From the NCBI GenBank assembly GCA_963842945.1, contig CAWJIM010000024.1, positions 416,001 to 480,000 on the forward strand: 64,000 nt of DNA. The letters are read 5' to 3'. The position numbers and the translations under genes were made by a program. This DNA comes from an uncultured Gemmatimonadales bacterium (GTDB lineage: Bacteria > Gemmatimonadota > Gemmatimonadetes > Gemmatimonadales > GWC2-71-9). Of this stretch, positions 12,211 to 24,467 are shown piece after piece. Under the pieces are notes generated by a model. The model had not been told where the DNA came from, ran no database searches, and saw only the letters and a list, made by a program, of their open reading frames with translations. The stretch's first letter is position 1, and each line of letters opens with the position of its first letter.

Positions 12211-13404
12211 TCACGAAGTAGGCGGATTGAACTGCGCGTGCTGCGCATCGAGCCACGACTTGTGGTATTCCGGGTCTTCAATCGAGAGGGCAGGCTTAGC
12301 CACCTTGAGCGGGCGGAAAGTGTCCATCATGACCGCCAGCTCCTCGGTGTATTTGGCCCCGATGCTCGCCTCAGCCCGACCGGGGTGGGGCCCATGGGGA
12401 ATACCGTCGGGGTGATGGGTGATGCTGCCGAACTCGATGCCCTTCCGGCTCATGAACTCGCTCGAGGCGTAGTAGAGCACTTCGTCCGAGTCGACGTTGC
12501 TGTGGTTGTATGGAGCCGGCACCGCCTCGGGGTGGAAGTCGTAGGGTCGGGGGCAGAAGCTGCACACCACGAACCCATCGCCCTGGAACGTCTGGTGGAC
12601 CGGCGGCGGCTGGTGCACCCGCCCCACGATCGGCTCGAAGTCGTGGATGTTGAAGGCCCAGGGATAGAAGTAGCCGTCCCAGCCCACCACGTCGAACGGA
12701 TGATGATCCAGGATGATCTCGTTCAGACCGTCGTACTGCTTCACCAGGATGCGGAAGTCGCCGCGCTCGTCGTGGGTGCGGAGCTGCGTGGGCCGGCGGA
12801 TATCGCGCTCGCTGTAGGGCGCTCCCTCGATCAACTGGCCGAACTCGTTGCGGTAGCGCTTGGGCCACCGGACGTGCCCCCGGCTTTCCATGATCAGCAG
12901 CTTGGTCGGATCGCTGCTCAGGTCCAGCCGGTAGCGATGCATGATGCCGCGGTGGATGACGAGGTAGTCGCCCTCATGGTATGGGAGATCGCCGTACATC
13001 GTCTCCAGGGTTCCGCTGCCCTTGCTGACGTACACCAGCTCGTCGGCCTGCGCGTTACGGTAAAAGTGGGCGTCGTTCTCGTCCGGCTCTACGTAGAGCA
13101 TGGCAACTTCGTTGTTGAACAGGAGCGGAGTGCGGTCGAGCGTGGGACTGCCCCCCGCCTTGATCTTGGAGGTGCGGAAATGCCGATGCCGGAGCGTATT
13201 GTCCGGGTCCGCCTCGTATTTCGCCTCCCGAAGCCGCTTGGCCGATTTCACCGTCGTGGGCGGATAGGTGTGATACAGGAGCGACGAGGTTCCGGTGAAG
13301 CCCTCGTGCCCCATCAGCTCCTCGGCATAAATCCCGCCATCCGGCTTCCGGAACGCGATGTGGCGCTTCCGGGGAATTTGACCCATCGTGTGGTAGATCG
13401 GCAT
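12211..13404 (-). CDS. hmgA: homogentisate 1,2-dioxygenase
   Basis: PFDVVGWDG, VHQPPPVH, CSFCPR, PYNHSNVDSDE, HPDGIPHGPHP. Confidence 0.92.
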   Translation of the reverse strand: MPIYHTMGQIPRKRHIAFRKPDGGIYAEELMGHEGFTGTSSLLYHTYPPTTVKSAKRLREAKYEADPDNTLRHRHFRTSKIKAGGSPTLDRTPLLFNNEVAMLYVEPDENDAHFYRNAQADELVYVSKGSGTLETMYGDLPYHEGDYLVIHRGIMHRYRLDLSSDPTKLLIMESRGHVRWPKRYRNEFGQLIEGAPYSERDIRRPTQLRTHDERGDFRILVKQYDGLNEIILDHHPFDVVGWDGYFYPWAFNIHDFEPIVGRVHQPPPVHQTFQGDGFVVCSFCPRPYDFHPEAVPAPYNHSNVDSDEVLYYASSEFMSRKGIEFGSITHHPDGIPHGPHPGRAEASIGAKYTEELAVMMDTFRPLKVAKPALSIEDPEYHKSWLDAQHAQFNPPTS

Positions 13405-13421
13405 CTCGACCTCCAAAAAGC

Positions 13422-13510
13422 GTAAGCGGTGAGCGGTGAGCGGTGAGCGGGTTACCTACGAGATGCTCTTCTGCAGCCCGCTTACCGCTCACCTCTTACC
13501 GCTCACGCTC
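13422..13510. repeat. intergenic heptamer tandem repeat (GCGGTGA)n with inverted copies (CCGCTCA/CCGCTTA)
   Basis: Read directly between hppD and hmgA; the two arms can pair as a hairpin. Confidence 0.7.
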
Positions 13511-13514
13511 TTGC

Positions 13515-14640
<1,126 letters not shown>

Positions 14641-14737
14641 GCTGCCCCCTAAGCTGGCGTTGCTACCCGAGATGTGAGCCTGAGCCAGAGCGACGAACTC
14701 ACGCCTAAATGGAATATAAACATGTAGTTACTCCCCA

Positions 14738-16849
14738 CTACGTGCCGCCGGCGACACCCTCCATCTGCTGGCAGACCAGCTGGTTTAGCTCGGCCGCCGT
14801 AAACGGCTTCTGTAGGAAAGAGACTCGGGATCGACCAAGCCGCGCTCCACCACGTCCACATGGGAATAACCCGACATATAAAGGATAGGGAGATCGGCCC
14901 GAACGTCGCGGATCTTCTGCGCCAGCTCGATGGTCCCGATGTTCGGAACAATGACATCCGCAACCACCAAATCCAATGTAGCGCCGAACTCCTCGAGCCG
15001 GGCGAGAGTCTCATCACCATCGCGAGCTTCATAAACCCGATGACCCTGCTGCTCCAGTACCCGAACGGCCAGCTCGCGGACCCCTTCTTCGTCCTCGATT
15101 ACCAGCACGGTGCCGGTCCTGCATTCTGCCGGGAACGAACCGGACGATCTCGTGCGCTCCACCGGGGCTTCGGCTCGAACCTGGGGCAGACATACGGTTA
15201 CCGTAGTTCCCGTACCCGGCGCGCTTTCGACCCAAACGTATCCCCCGCTCTGCTTCACGATACCGTAGACGGTGGCCAGGCCTAATCCAGTGCCGGATCC
15301 CGCCGGTTTCGTGGTGAAGAAGGGCTCGAAAACCTGCTGCAAGATCCCGGCATCCATGCCGTGCCCGGTATCGATCACTGAGACGAGGGCGTATTCCCCG
15401 GGAACAATGGAATGCCGATGAGCTGCAGGCCGTCTTGCTCGTCCAACCGGCGTGATTCGGTGACCAGGCGTAGGGTCCCGCCTCCGGGCATGGCATCGCG
15501 GGCATTGAATGCCAGGTTGATAATCACCTGGTCCAGTTGCGCGCGGTCGGCTCGCACCAGGGGGCGCAGAGGAGCGAGCGACGCTTCCAGCACGACATTG
15601 GCGGGGAGGAGCAGCTTCAGCACCGACACCAGCTCCTGCACCACGTCGTTCAGCTGGAGATCCGTTGGCTGGAGGATCTGTTGCCGGCTGAAGGCGAGCA
15701 GCTGCTGGGTGATCTTGCCCGCTCGTGTGGCCGCCTTTCGGATCTCCTCGATATCGCGGTGGCGCTCCGCTGCGACCGCCCCACTTCGGGCCAGCAGGTC
15801 GCTGAATCCGAGGATGATGGTCATCATGTTGTTCACTTCGTGAGCTACGCCGCCGGCCAGCCGGCCCACGGCCTCCAGCCGCTGGGCGCGGCGAAGCCTC
15901 TCCTCTGCCCGCTTGAGCTCGGTGAGATCCTGAACGGTGATGACGTAGGAGCTGCCACCCGGACCTGCGGCCAGCGAGGTCACATTGGTCAGCACCGGAA
16001 ACAGAGAGCCATCGGCCCGGAGGTGAAGCGACTCATACACGGGAGGACTCGACTCGCTTCGCCACCCGGCCGGTTCGTGGGCCCGATCGGCGGGGAGCAG
16101 ATCGGTAAACAATCTTCCACTCAGGCTACCGGAGGTCGGATGGCCGTGCAGCGCCGCGAATGCGGGGTTTACCGCCTCGATCCGTTGATCCTCCGCATCC
16201 ACGATGGCGGCACCCCAGCCGGCCCGGTCGAACACCCGGATCCATTTCTGCAGGGTGTCTTCCAGTCGGTAACGGCGGGCCTCCTCATTGCCCAGCCGGT
16301 CGTTCAGGTCCGAGCCCTGAATCGCGACGGCTGAGCGCCGGGCAATAACCTGAGCCGCTGAAAGATCCAGGGCGTGGTACGGCTCGCTCGGCTGAACGCG
16401 CAGCAGTGCCATGGCTCCGAAAATCGTGCCTCCGGAGCGGAAAGGAACCACGATCAACGACTGAACGTGCAGACGCTGTAATAGGGTATCGACCGCGGTA
16501 TCCCGCCGGAGGAAACGGCCGCGGCAGGGGTGAGCTGCGGAATCCAACGGAACTCGCGTCCCCGCTCCGCGTCCGCTTTGGCCAGCCGTCGCAGCGCGGG
16601 CAGCAGGGGGCGGAGTGCCTCCGCGATGTCCGCTTCCTCCCGGGGATTGGAGTGGACAACCTCGATCCAATCCTCCTGTTCCTCACGTTGAACGATCAGA
16701 ACGACGGCGTCTGCAAACCCGGGCACCAGGCACTCGCCGGTCGCTCGAATGGTCCGCTCGAAGCCCGATGCGTGATGCAAAGCGCGGGCGACTCGTTCCA
16801 ACAGATGCAGTCTCTCACCGCCAATGGGACCGGCGGCACCTGAAGTCAA
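14738..16849 (-). CDS. GAF-PAS hybrid sensor histidine kinase/response regulator (frameshifted)
   Basis: GVAHEVNN H-box, NARDAM, FFTTK..GTGLGL, and a receiver ending FLQKPF. Indels near 16530, 15400 and 14820. Confidence 0.82.
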
Positions 16850-17013
16850 GCCAGCCTCCGCGGAGCCCCGCGCAACCCTATGTGTCTGCTCAGCATCAGC
16901 TCAACCTGTGGCCGAAGCGGGCCGGAAGCCGTGATCCCGGTTACGCACACTGCGAGCACGTTTGCCCTTCCCTCCAAAGTGGGCTAGCTTCACTACTCAG
17001 CATCGGAGCGCAA

Positions 17014-18030
17014 ATGGCAGGGCGGGACATCGTGGTCATCGGCGGCTCCGCCGGCAGCATCGAAGCGGTCGCCGAGTTTGTGAAGGGCCTCCCTCCGGAT
17101 TTTCCCGGTTCCGTGTTCGTAGTGATCCACTTCCCCGGGTCGGTCACCAGCACCTTGCCGCGAATCCTGAGCCGGGCCGGACCCCTCCCGGCCCGCCATG
17201 CCGTGCATGGCCAAGCGATCGAGCCCGGCCGCATTTACGTTGCCCCTCCTGATTGTCACCTGCACCTCATCGACGGCCAGACCCGGTTGACCCGCGGCCC
17301 CAAGGAAAATGGTCACCGCCCCGCCATCGATCCGCTCTTTCGCACGGCCGCCCACAGCTACGGGCCCCGGGTCGTCGGAGTAGTTCTATCGGGAAACCTC
17401 AACGACGGCACCGCCGGGCTTCTCGCCGTCAAGCAGCGCGGAGGCATCGCTATCGCTCAGTCTTTGGAGTCCGCGCTCTATCAGGGTATGCCCCGGAGCG
17501 CCATCGAACACGTGGAGATTGATCACGTGCTCGCGCCATCCGAGATCCCCCTGCTGCTCACCGAGCTTGCCCTGGAGCCGGTACAGCGCCCCGAGGTGGT
17601 ACCTATGCCTGATATTTCCCCTGACGACCAGCATGCCGACGACTTTGCCGTTGCCGACCGGCATACCCAGCCGGGAGTTCCGTCCACCATGACCTGTCCC
17701 GAATGCCACGGCACACTCTGGGAGGTCAAGGACGACGAGCTGGTCCGCTTCCGGTGCCGCGTGGGCCACGCGTACAGCGATGAGGCGCTGCTGGTGCATC
17801 AATCGGAGCAGCTCGAGGCGGCACTGTGGACCGCCCTCCGGGCGCTCGAAGAGCACTGGGCCCTGGCCCGGCGGCTGGCGGCACGCGCCAGCAGCCGCGG
17901 TCACTCCCACAGCGCCTCTTCCTTCACCGAGCAGGCTATGGACGCCGAGCACCACGCCTCAGTCATCCGAACCGTTCTGAACCGGGGGGTCCGGACCGGT
18001 GATGCGGCCGAAGCGCTGGTAGTGGGATGA
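17014..18030 (+). CDS. cheB: CheB-type methylesterase with C-terminal Cys/His cluster, no receiver domain
   Basis: GGSAG, VIH, RPAIDPLF, LSGNLNDG, C-terminal CPECHG...CRVGH. Confidence 0.88.
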   Translation: MAGRDIVVIGGSAGSIEAVAEFVKGLPPDFPGSVFVVIHFPGSVTSTLPRILSRAGPLPARHAVHGQAIEPGRIYVAPPDCHLHLIDGQTRLTRGPKENGHRPAIDPLFRTAAHSYGPRVVGVVLSGNLNDGTAGLLAVKQRGGIAIAQSLESALYQGMPRSAIEHVEIDHVLAPSEIPLLLTELALEPVQRPEVVPMPDISPDDQHADDFAVADRHTQPGVPSTMTCPECHGTLWEVKDDELVRFRCRVGHAYSDEALLVHQSEQLEAALWTALRALEEHWALARRLAARASSRGHSHSASSFTEQAMDAEHHASVIRTVLNRGVRTGDAAEALVVG

Positions 18031-19952
18031 GCGAGCGATACTCGGATTCGGCAGAAGAGGCCCTCACCGAGACTGGTGACGGCACTCCGGAGGAAGCGGC
18101 GCTCTCCCAACCGCCGCCGGAGTCCGATCCTGAATGGTCCGGGCTGCTGGAGAACCTCCTCACCTCGCGCGGTTTCGATTTTCACGGATACAAGGCGGCG
18201 TCGCTGGCGCGGCGCATCCGCAAGCGCATGGAGTCGGTCGGGGTGGAGAGCTTTGCGGCATACCAGGAGTATCTCGAGGTCCACCCGAACGAGTTTGCCA
18301 CGCTGTTCAATACCATCCTCATCAACGTCACCAGCTTCTTCCGCGACCCGGCCGCGTGGGAGGTGGTACGTACGGTGGCTGTTCCTGAAGTCCTGGCCGC
18401 CAAGGCTCCCGGTGAGCCGCTCCGGGCCTGGAGCGTCGGCTGTGCTACGGGAGAGGAGGCCTACACCCTCGCCATGATCCTGGCAGAGGAGCTGGGGCTG
18501 GACGAGTTCCGGGATCGGGTAAAGATCTACGCCACCGATGTGGACGAGGACGCGCTCAACACCGCTCGGCATGCCGCCTACAGCGATCGCCAGGTGGAAG
18601 GCGTCCCGCCGGAGCTGCTGACCAAGTACTTCGAGAAGGTGGACGGGCTCAATCTCTTTCGGAAGGACCTCCGGCGGCAGGTCATCTTCGGCCGTCACGA
18701 CTTGATCAACGACGCGCCCATCTCGCGCATCGACCTGCTCACCTGCCGTAACACGCTGATGTACCTGAATGGAGAAACCCAGGCCCGGGTGCTTTCCCGC
18801 CTGCACTTTGCCTTGAACGACGGAGGATTTCTCCTCCTGGGCCGGGCCGAGACGCTGATGGCTCATGGTCACAGCTTCGTGTCGGTAGACCTGAAGCGGC
18901 GGCTGAGCCGGAAAGGCGCCCGTCGAACCCAGGCCGATCCGGGTTTTCCGGAACGGGAGCGCAGGAGCGGAGCACCGGAAAGCATGGACAGTCATCTGCA
19001 GATGGCGGCGTTGGAGGCAAGCCCGGTGGCTCAGATCGTGGTGGATGCTGCCGGGCAGGTGGTGATCGCCAACGATCGCGCGCGGGAGCTCTTCGCTCTC
19101 CGGCAATCGGACGTCGGCCGGCCCCTCCGGGATCTTCCCCTGTCCTACCGTCCGCTGGAGCTGCGCTCCCTGATCGAGCGGGCGGAGGCCGAGAGGCGCA
19201 ACGTCGGCATCAAGGATGTCGAGTGGCGCACGCCCTCAGGCGACTCGCGCTGGCTCGACCTCCAGATCGCTCCGCTCACCGACGGACCGGGTAGCCTGCT
19301 GGGCACCATTCTCACCTTTTCCGATACCACTGCCTATCGCCGGCTGCAGCGAGAGCTGGAGCAATCCCATCAGGAGCTGGAAACGGCCTACGAGGAGCTC
19401 CAGTCTACCAACGAGGAGCTGGAGACCACCAACGAGGAGCTCCAGTCTACGGTGGAGGAACTGGAGACCACCAACGAGGAGCTCCAGTCGACCAATGAAG
19501 AGCTGGAGACCATGAACGAGGAGCTCCAGTCCACCAATGAAGAGCTCCAGACCATGAACGACGAGCTCCGGCAGCGGGGCGAGGACCTGAACACCTCCAA
19601 CGCCCTTCTCCAATCCGTGCTGGCCAGTCTGCGAGGTGGAGTGGCCGTGGTGGACCCCGAGCTCAGGGTGCTGGCCTGGAACCCTCAAGCCGAGGAGCTC
19701 TGGGGACTCCGAGAGGAGGAGGTCGAGGGCAAGCATCTGCTCAATCTGGACATCGGTCTGCCGCTCGAACGGCTGCGGCCCCTGCTCCGAAGCTGTCTGG
19801 GGGGAGAAGGTGGAAACCAGATGCTTGACGCGGTCAATCGGCGGGGCAAGACCATCCGCTGCCAGGTGACCTGCACTCCGCTCCGGGCCGACGGCAAAGG
19901 GGTTGGTGGAGCAATTCTGTTGATGGAGCACTCCGCCGATGGCAGCGCCTGA
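18027..19952 (+). CDS. cheR: CheR-type methyltransferase with PAS domains and heptad coiled coil
   Basis: INVTSFFRD, WSVGCATGEEAY, ATDVD, CRNTLMY, (EELQSTN/EELETTN)n. Confidence 0.9.
   Translation: MSERYSDSAEEALTETGDGTPEEAALSQPPPESDPEWSGLLENLLTSRGFDFHGYKAASLARRIRKRMESVGVESFAAYQEYLEVHPNEFATLFNTILINVTSFFRDPAAWEVVRTVAVPEVLAAKAPGEPLRAWSVGCATGEEAYTLAMILAEELGLDEFRDRVKIYATDVDEDALNTARHAAYSDRQVEGVPPELLTKYFEKVDGLNLFRKDLRRQVIFGRHDLINDAPISRIDLLTCRNTLMYLNGETQARVLSRLHFALNDGGFLLLGRAETLMAHGHSFVSVDLKRRLSRKGARRTQADPGFPERERRSGAPESMDSHLQMAALEASPVAQIVVDAAGQVVIANDRARELFALRQSDVGRPLRDLPLSYRPLELRSLIERAEAERRNVGIKDVEWRTPSGDSRWLDLQIAPLTDGPGSLLGTILTFSDTTAYRRLQRELEQSHQELETAYEELQSTNEELETTNEELQSTVEELETTNEELQSTNEELETMNEELQSTNEELQTMNDELRQRGEDLNTSNALLQSVLASLRGGVAVVDPELRVLAWNPQAEELWGLREEEVEGKHLLNLDIGLPLERLRPLLRSCLGGEGGNQMLDAVNRRGKTIRCQVTCTPLRADGKGVGGAILLMEHSADGSA
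19372..19570 (+). repeat. coding 21/42-bp tandem repeat within cheR
   Basis: Units like GAGGAGCTCCAGTCTACCAAC-GAGGAGCTGGAGACCACCAAC repeated about 4 times, in frame. Confidence 0.85.
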
Positions 19953-22248
19953 CCTCAGCCCGGACCGGGTGGACCAAGACCCGGAACAGCTAGCGGTCAC
20001 CGAAGAGATCCGGGAAAGCGCCGAGCTTGCCCGCCAGGCTCGTGAACGAGAGCGGCAGGGGGCCGAGGATCTACGGGAGGATCAGGAACGAGCCCGCCAA
20101 GCCGGAGAGGAGCAGCGCAGCTGGACCGAAGCGGCCCGAGCGATGGCCGATGAGTTCCGGACAGCAAAGGAGCAGCTGCGAGCCGCAGCGGAGGACGCCC
20201 GATCCTCGGCGGAAGACGCCCGTCAGGCTGCCGAGGAGCTTCGCCGCTCCACCGAGGTTGCCCTCAAGGCCGCATACGATCAGCTCGCCATTCTGCAGGA
20301 GGCCAGGGAGACCTTGGCGCGCTACTGGGAGGAGCCGCGCGCCTCAGGGACACTGCGGGCGGAGGACATGAGTCCCGAGGAATTGGGGAACCGGCTCCGC
20401 CTCGCGCACGATCGCATCGCCTCTCTCACGCAACGCGAAGATGTGGACGCCGAGCAGGCGGCCGACGATCTACGCTCGGCCCTGGAGGAGCTGCGGGTAG
20501 CGGACGAGGAGCTCCGGACCCAGAACGAAGAGCTGGCTACCGCCCAGCTGGACGTCGAGGCCGGGCGCGGTCGCTACTATGAGCTCTTCGACCTGGCGCC
20601 AGACGCCTACTTGGTGACAAACCTGGCGGGCATCATCGACGAAGCGAATCTGTCGGCCACGAAGCTGCTGGGTATTGCGCGGGAGTTTCTGGTCGGGAAA
20701 GCTCTCGCGTCCTATATCGCCACGGACGATCGGGTCCGGTTCCGGTCGTTGCTGAGCGCCCGCGACCGCGGCGGCAGCAGTCGTCCCCTGGCCTTCAGGA
20801 TCAGGGGTCGGGGTGGAACCAACCTGCACGTGGAGCTGACCTACTCGATCATCGACGACGAGCGGGGCAATCCGACCGGGTTCCGCTGGATCGTCCGGGA
20901 CGTCACCGAGCAGGAGCGCATGGCCCGGCAGATCCGGTCGCTCAATTCCGAGCTGGAGTTTCGCGTGGCCGAGCGCACCGGCGCTCTCGAGGCAGCGCAA
21001 GAGTTGTCCGAGGAACTGTTGCAGCGGGAGCAGACCGCGCGCCGCGCCGCCGAGGCCAGCGAGGCCCAGTCCCGGCACGTGCAGAAGCTGGAGAGCATCG
21101 GAGTGCTGGCCGGAGGCATTGCCCACGATTTCAATAATCTGCTTCATGTCATCCTGGGGAATGCGGACATCGCGCTGAGTCGCCTTGCCGGGCGCTCTCC
21201 CGCCCGCGAGCCGCTGGAAGAAGTGATTCGGGCCACGATCCGCGCCGCCGACCTCACCCGGCAGATGCTCGCCTACTCGGGTAAGGGCGCCTTCGTCGTT
21301 CGCAACCTGGATCTCTCCAGTGAAGTGAGAGAGATGGCGACCCTGCTGCGCACCGCCATCAGCAAGCAGGCCACGCTGGTGTGGGAACTGGCCACCGATC
21401 TCCCTGCGGTAAAGGCCGACGCCACCCAGATCCGGCAGATCGTGATGAATCTGATCACCAACGCCTCCGACGCCCTGCAGAACGCCGGCGGCACCATCAC
21501 GCTTCGAACCGGCGTGCTCGACCGAAGCCAGCTCGACGATCCCGCCTTCGGACCGCCGATCGGCGAGGTCGAGCCGGCAGCCGACTACCACGAGGAAATG
21601 GTCTACCTCGAGGTCCACGATACCGGAGCCGGAATGACACCGGATACTCTCCGCCGCATCTTCGACCCTTTCTTCTCCACCAAGTTCTCCGGCCGGGGGC
21701 TCGGACTGGCGGCGGTGATGGGCATCGTCCGGAGCCACCAGGGACTGATTCGTATCCGCACCGAGCCGGATCGAGGCACCAGTTTTCAGGTCCTCTTCCC
21801 GTCCGTGACCGGGAAGGTGATGAAACAGGGGAAGCCATCCGCGGCCCGGAGCGAGTGGCGGGGTGAGGGAACGATCCTCGTGGTAGAAGACGAGGCAGAC
21901 GTACGGGAAGTGGCCGAGCGCATCCTTCAGGATTTCGGCTTCGAAACGATCCCGGCGGGCGACGGACGGGATGCCCTCGACCTCATGGAGAGCAGAGGCA
22001 GCGAGGTTACAGCGATCCTGATGGACCTTTCGATGCCGAGAATGGGAGGTCAGGAGGCCCTGCGCCAGCTACGAGATAGCTGGCCCGACCTGCCCGTCAT
22101 CATGATGAGCGGGTACACCGAGGAGTCCGTCGCGCCGCAGTTCAGTGATGCCGGCCCCGGCGTCACCGCGTTCCTGCAGAAGCCCTTCTTCGCGGAAGAC
22201 CTCATTGGGGTCCTTCGTCGCGTTCTGGTCACCGCCGGACTCAGTTAG
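19939..22248 (+). CDS. coiled-coil/PAS hybrid histidine kinase
   Basis: GIAHDFNN, NASDA, FFSTKFSGRGLGL, receiver with MDLSMP and FLQKPF. Confidence 0.9.
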   Translation: MAAPDLSPDRVDQDPEQLAVTEEIRESAELARQARERERQGAEDLREDQERARQAGEEQRSWTEAARAMADEFRTAKEQLRAAAEDARSSAEDARQAAEELRRSTEVALKAAYDQLAILQEARETLARYWEEPRASGTLRAEDMSPEELGNRLRLAHDRIASLTQREDVDAEQAADDLRSALEELRVADEELRTQNEELATAQLDVEAGRGRYYELFDLAPDAYLVTNLAGIIDEANLSATKLLGIAREFLVGKALASYIATDDRVRFRSLLSARDRGGSSRPLAFRIRGRGGTNLHVELTYSIIDDERGNPTGFRWIVRDVTEQERMARQIRSLNSELEFRVAERTGALEAAQELSEELLQREQTARRAAEASEAQSRHVQKLESIGVLAGGIAHDFNNLLHVILGNADIALSRLAGRSPAREPLEEVIRATIRAADLTRQMLAYSGKGAFVVRNLDLSSEVREMATLLRTAISKQATLVWELATDLPAVKADATQIRQIVMNLITNASDALQNAGGTITLRTGVLDRSQLDDPAFGPPIGEVEPAADYHEEMVYLEVHDTGAGMTPDTLRRIFDPFFSTKFSGRGLGLAAVMGIVRSHQGLIRIRTEPDRGTSFQVLFPSVTGKVMKQGKPSAARSEWRGEGTILVVEDEADVREVAERILQDFGFETIPAGDGRDALDLMESRGSEVTAILMDLSMPRMGGQEALRQLRDSWPDLPVIMMSGYTEESVAPQFSDAGPGVTAFLQKPFFAEDLIGVLRRVLVTAGLS

Positions 22249-22565
22249 CCGGTCCCAGTGCAATTTCGCCGCTGAGGCGCATCTCCCCTTCCTTGAGCCG
22301 GAGCGGGAGGGGGCCCGGGCTGGGGAGAGTTGTCGTTTCTCTCGACCCAGCATGCGGTTACACTCAGAGTCTCGAGCTGCTGCCAATCTCCAGATTCGGG
22401 TCCTCCGAGCAGGATGGGCGTCACCGCTCCACCCGCGCCGGCGGAGGCATATTATTGGTGGTACGACTGTTGCCGGGGCTGGAGCATCTTGAGCCTTCGG
22501 GATCCGTCTCGGCCGCGAGCGGAGGTGCCCGGAAGCGGTAATGCGTGGGTTCACTGAAGAGGTAC

Positions 22566-23063
22566 ATGACGGCCGATCTCACCCAGCTCTTCGAGCAATA
22601 CTACGGCTCGCTCGTCCGGATGCTGTACCGCCGAACGGGAGACCGGGATCGCGCCGAGGATCTGGCTCAGGAAACCTTTGCCCGCGCGGTGGCCGCACCG
22701 CCCAACAACCCTCGGCCGTGGCTGTTCGCCGTCGCCCTGAACCTGGTCCGGGAAGATGGCCGGAGGAACGTGCGCCAGGGCCGGCGGCTCGAGTTGCTTC
22801 GGGCCGACGCCGCGCCGGCCCAGGGGCCGGACGAAGAGTTCGACCGGAACGAGCGTAGCGCCGGGGTGCGGGCCGCGCTGGCTACGCTGACCGAACGCGA
22901 TCGGGAGGCATTGCTGCTGAAGGCCGAGGGGTTCAATTACGGAGAGATCGCTGCCACCTTGGGACTCTCCAAAGGCGCCGTGGGCACCACGCTGGCCCGG
23001 GCCCGGCGCCGGCTGGTGGATGCATATAGAGCGGAAGGACGGGGCAAGAATGTCGCATCTTGA
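22566..23063 (+). CDS. ECF-family RNA polymerase sigma factor
   Basis: AEDLAQETF, WLFAVALN, region 4 YGEIAATLGLSKGAVGTTLARAR. Confidence 0.9.
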   Translation: MTADLTQLFEQYYGSLVRMLYRRTGDRDRAEDLAQETFARAVAAPPNNPRPWLFAVALNLVREDGRRNVRQGRRLELLRADAAPAQGPDEEFDRNERSAGVRAALATLTERDREALLLKAEGFNYGEIAATLGLSKGAVGTTLARARRRLVDAYRAEGRGKNVAS

Positions 23064-24331
23064 TGAAGGCACGCTGCACGCGCTCCTCGACGGTGAGCTG
23101 GATCTGGCGGAAGTCAGCGAGATCCAGAAGCACCTCGGGAGCTGTGTGGCCTGCGGCTCCCGTCTCCAGGAAGTTAAGCAGGTGCTGGCCGAGGCCGACC
23201 GGCTGGTTGGCGCCATGGAGGTTCCGGCCGGCGCCTCACGGCCTCGCTCGGAGGCCCCCCGCCCCGAGCCTCAGCCACTCCCATCCCGGCCGGCGTATGA
23301 GCCGCTGGCGTGGGACGAGCCACCCGTGCTCCTGGTGCCCGATCCGATCGATGCGCATGCCAAGCGCCGGCGACATCGATTCGGGGGCTGGCTGTGGCGG
23401 CAACCCTGGCCGGAATCGTCACCGGAGGCAAGCTCATCGGCCGAGCGTTCGAGCCGAGCCATCCGATGCTTTCGGACCGGGATCTCACTTCGGTCTCACA
23501 GCAAACCGCTCAACCGGCGGTGGTCAGCCCTGAGGAGAGCCGGAAACCCGAGTCTACACTGGCTACTCGGGAGAACAAGTCGAACCGCATCCAGCCGCAG
23601 CGAGCCCCAGCGGCCAGCGCCCACGCCCCCTCCAGCCCGGGCCAAGGTGGCAGTAGACACGTCCACTCTTCCGGCCGACCCGGAGGATTCCGCCGTCTCG
23701 GATTCAGCTGCAGCGGACTCCATGGCATTGGCTGAGGCGGCGGCTGACAGCCTTGCCCAAATCGACGCCGCCGCCGGGGTGGCCGCCACCGCGTCGGCGC
23801 GCCCACAGGATGGCCAGTCGGAGACCGAGCCTTCGTCGAGCGATGCTCTGGCCACCCGCCGGGCCGCCGCCGCGGCTCTGGCCGAGCTGGATCGGGAGAG
23901 ACAGCGCCAGCGGGCCAACGCCGCCACCGCCGCGCTGCCGCCGGCTCGGGTTGAGGCAGAGGCGGAGCCGGCTCCCCGGCCACCTACTCTGGAACAGCGG
24001 TCCCAGGTCTATCTCCGAATCGGGCTGGATGAGGCAGTGAAGCAGCTGGGTGGCCCCGTGCACGTGATCGAGGGGATGACGCCGGAGCTCATCGGCTTGA
24101 CCCGAACCCAGCTGATCCCGGGCACCACGCTCGACCCGTCCGGTGGTACGAGTGGTGTATCTCGATAATAGAGGCCGGCTCATTCTGCTGGATCAGCAGC
24201 GAATGGCCTCGGGGCAGGCACTCAGCACTCCCGCGGGAAGCCTTCGCTGGGCGATCGGAGACGTGATGCTATATCTGCGGGGCGAGCCGAGTCCCGACGT
24301 GCTCAGGAGCTTGCAGGCGCGGGTGAGGTAA
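23050..24331 (+). CDS. zinc-binding (zf-HC2/ZAS) membrane anti-sigma factor, frameshifted
   Basis: LHALLDGEL...HLGSCVAC (HxxxCxxC). A TM segment lies in the alternative frame (GLAVAATLAGIV). Overlaps the sigma gene stop. Confidence 0.72.
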
Positions 24332-24467
24332 AGAGGGGAAGGAATACGGGAGGGTCGGGCAAGACGGGAAGGTATGCGGAAACGGAGACAGGCGGTGAGG
24401 TGAGAGAATCAAGAGACACGTGCTTGAGGAGCATCACATTCTTGCAAGAAACCACATCCCTGGCAGC

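Noticed and set aside
19372..19570. Regular direct repeats resembling a CRISPR array
   Set aside because: There are no unique spacers and no cas genes; the repeats are in frame and encode the CheR coiled coil.
22500..22565. Glycine or other riboswitch upstream of the sigma gene
   Set aside because: Only a short CACTGAAG match is present; the remaining conserved elements are not evident.
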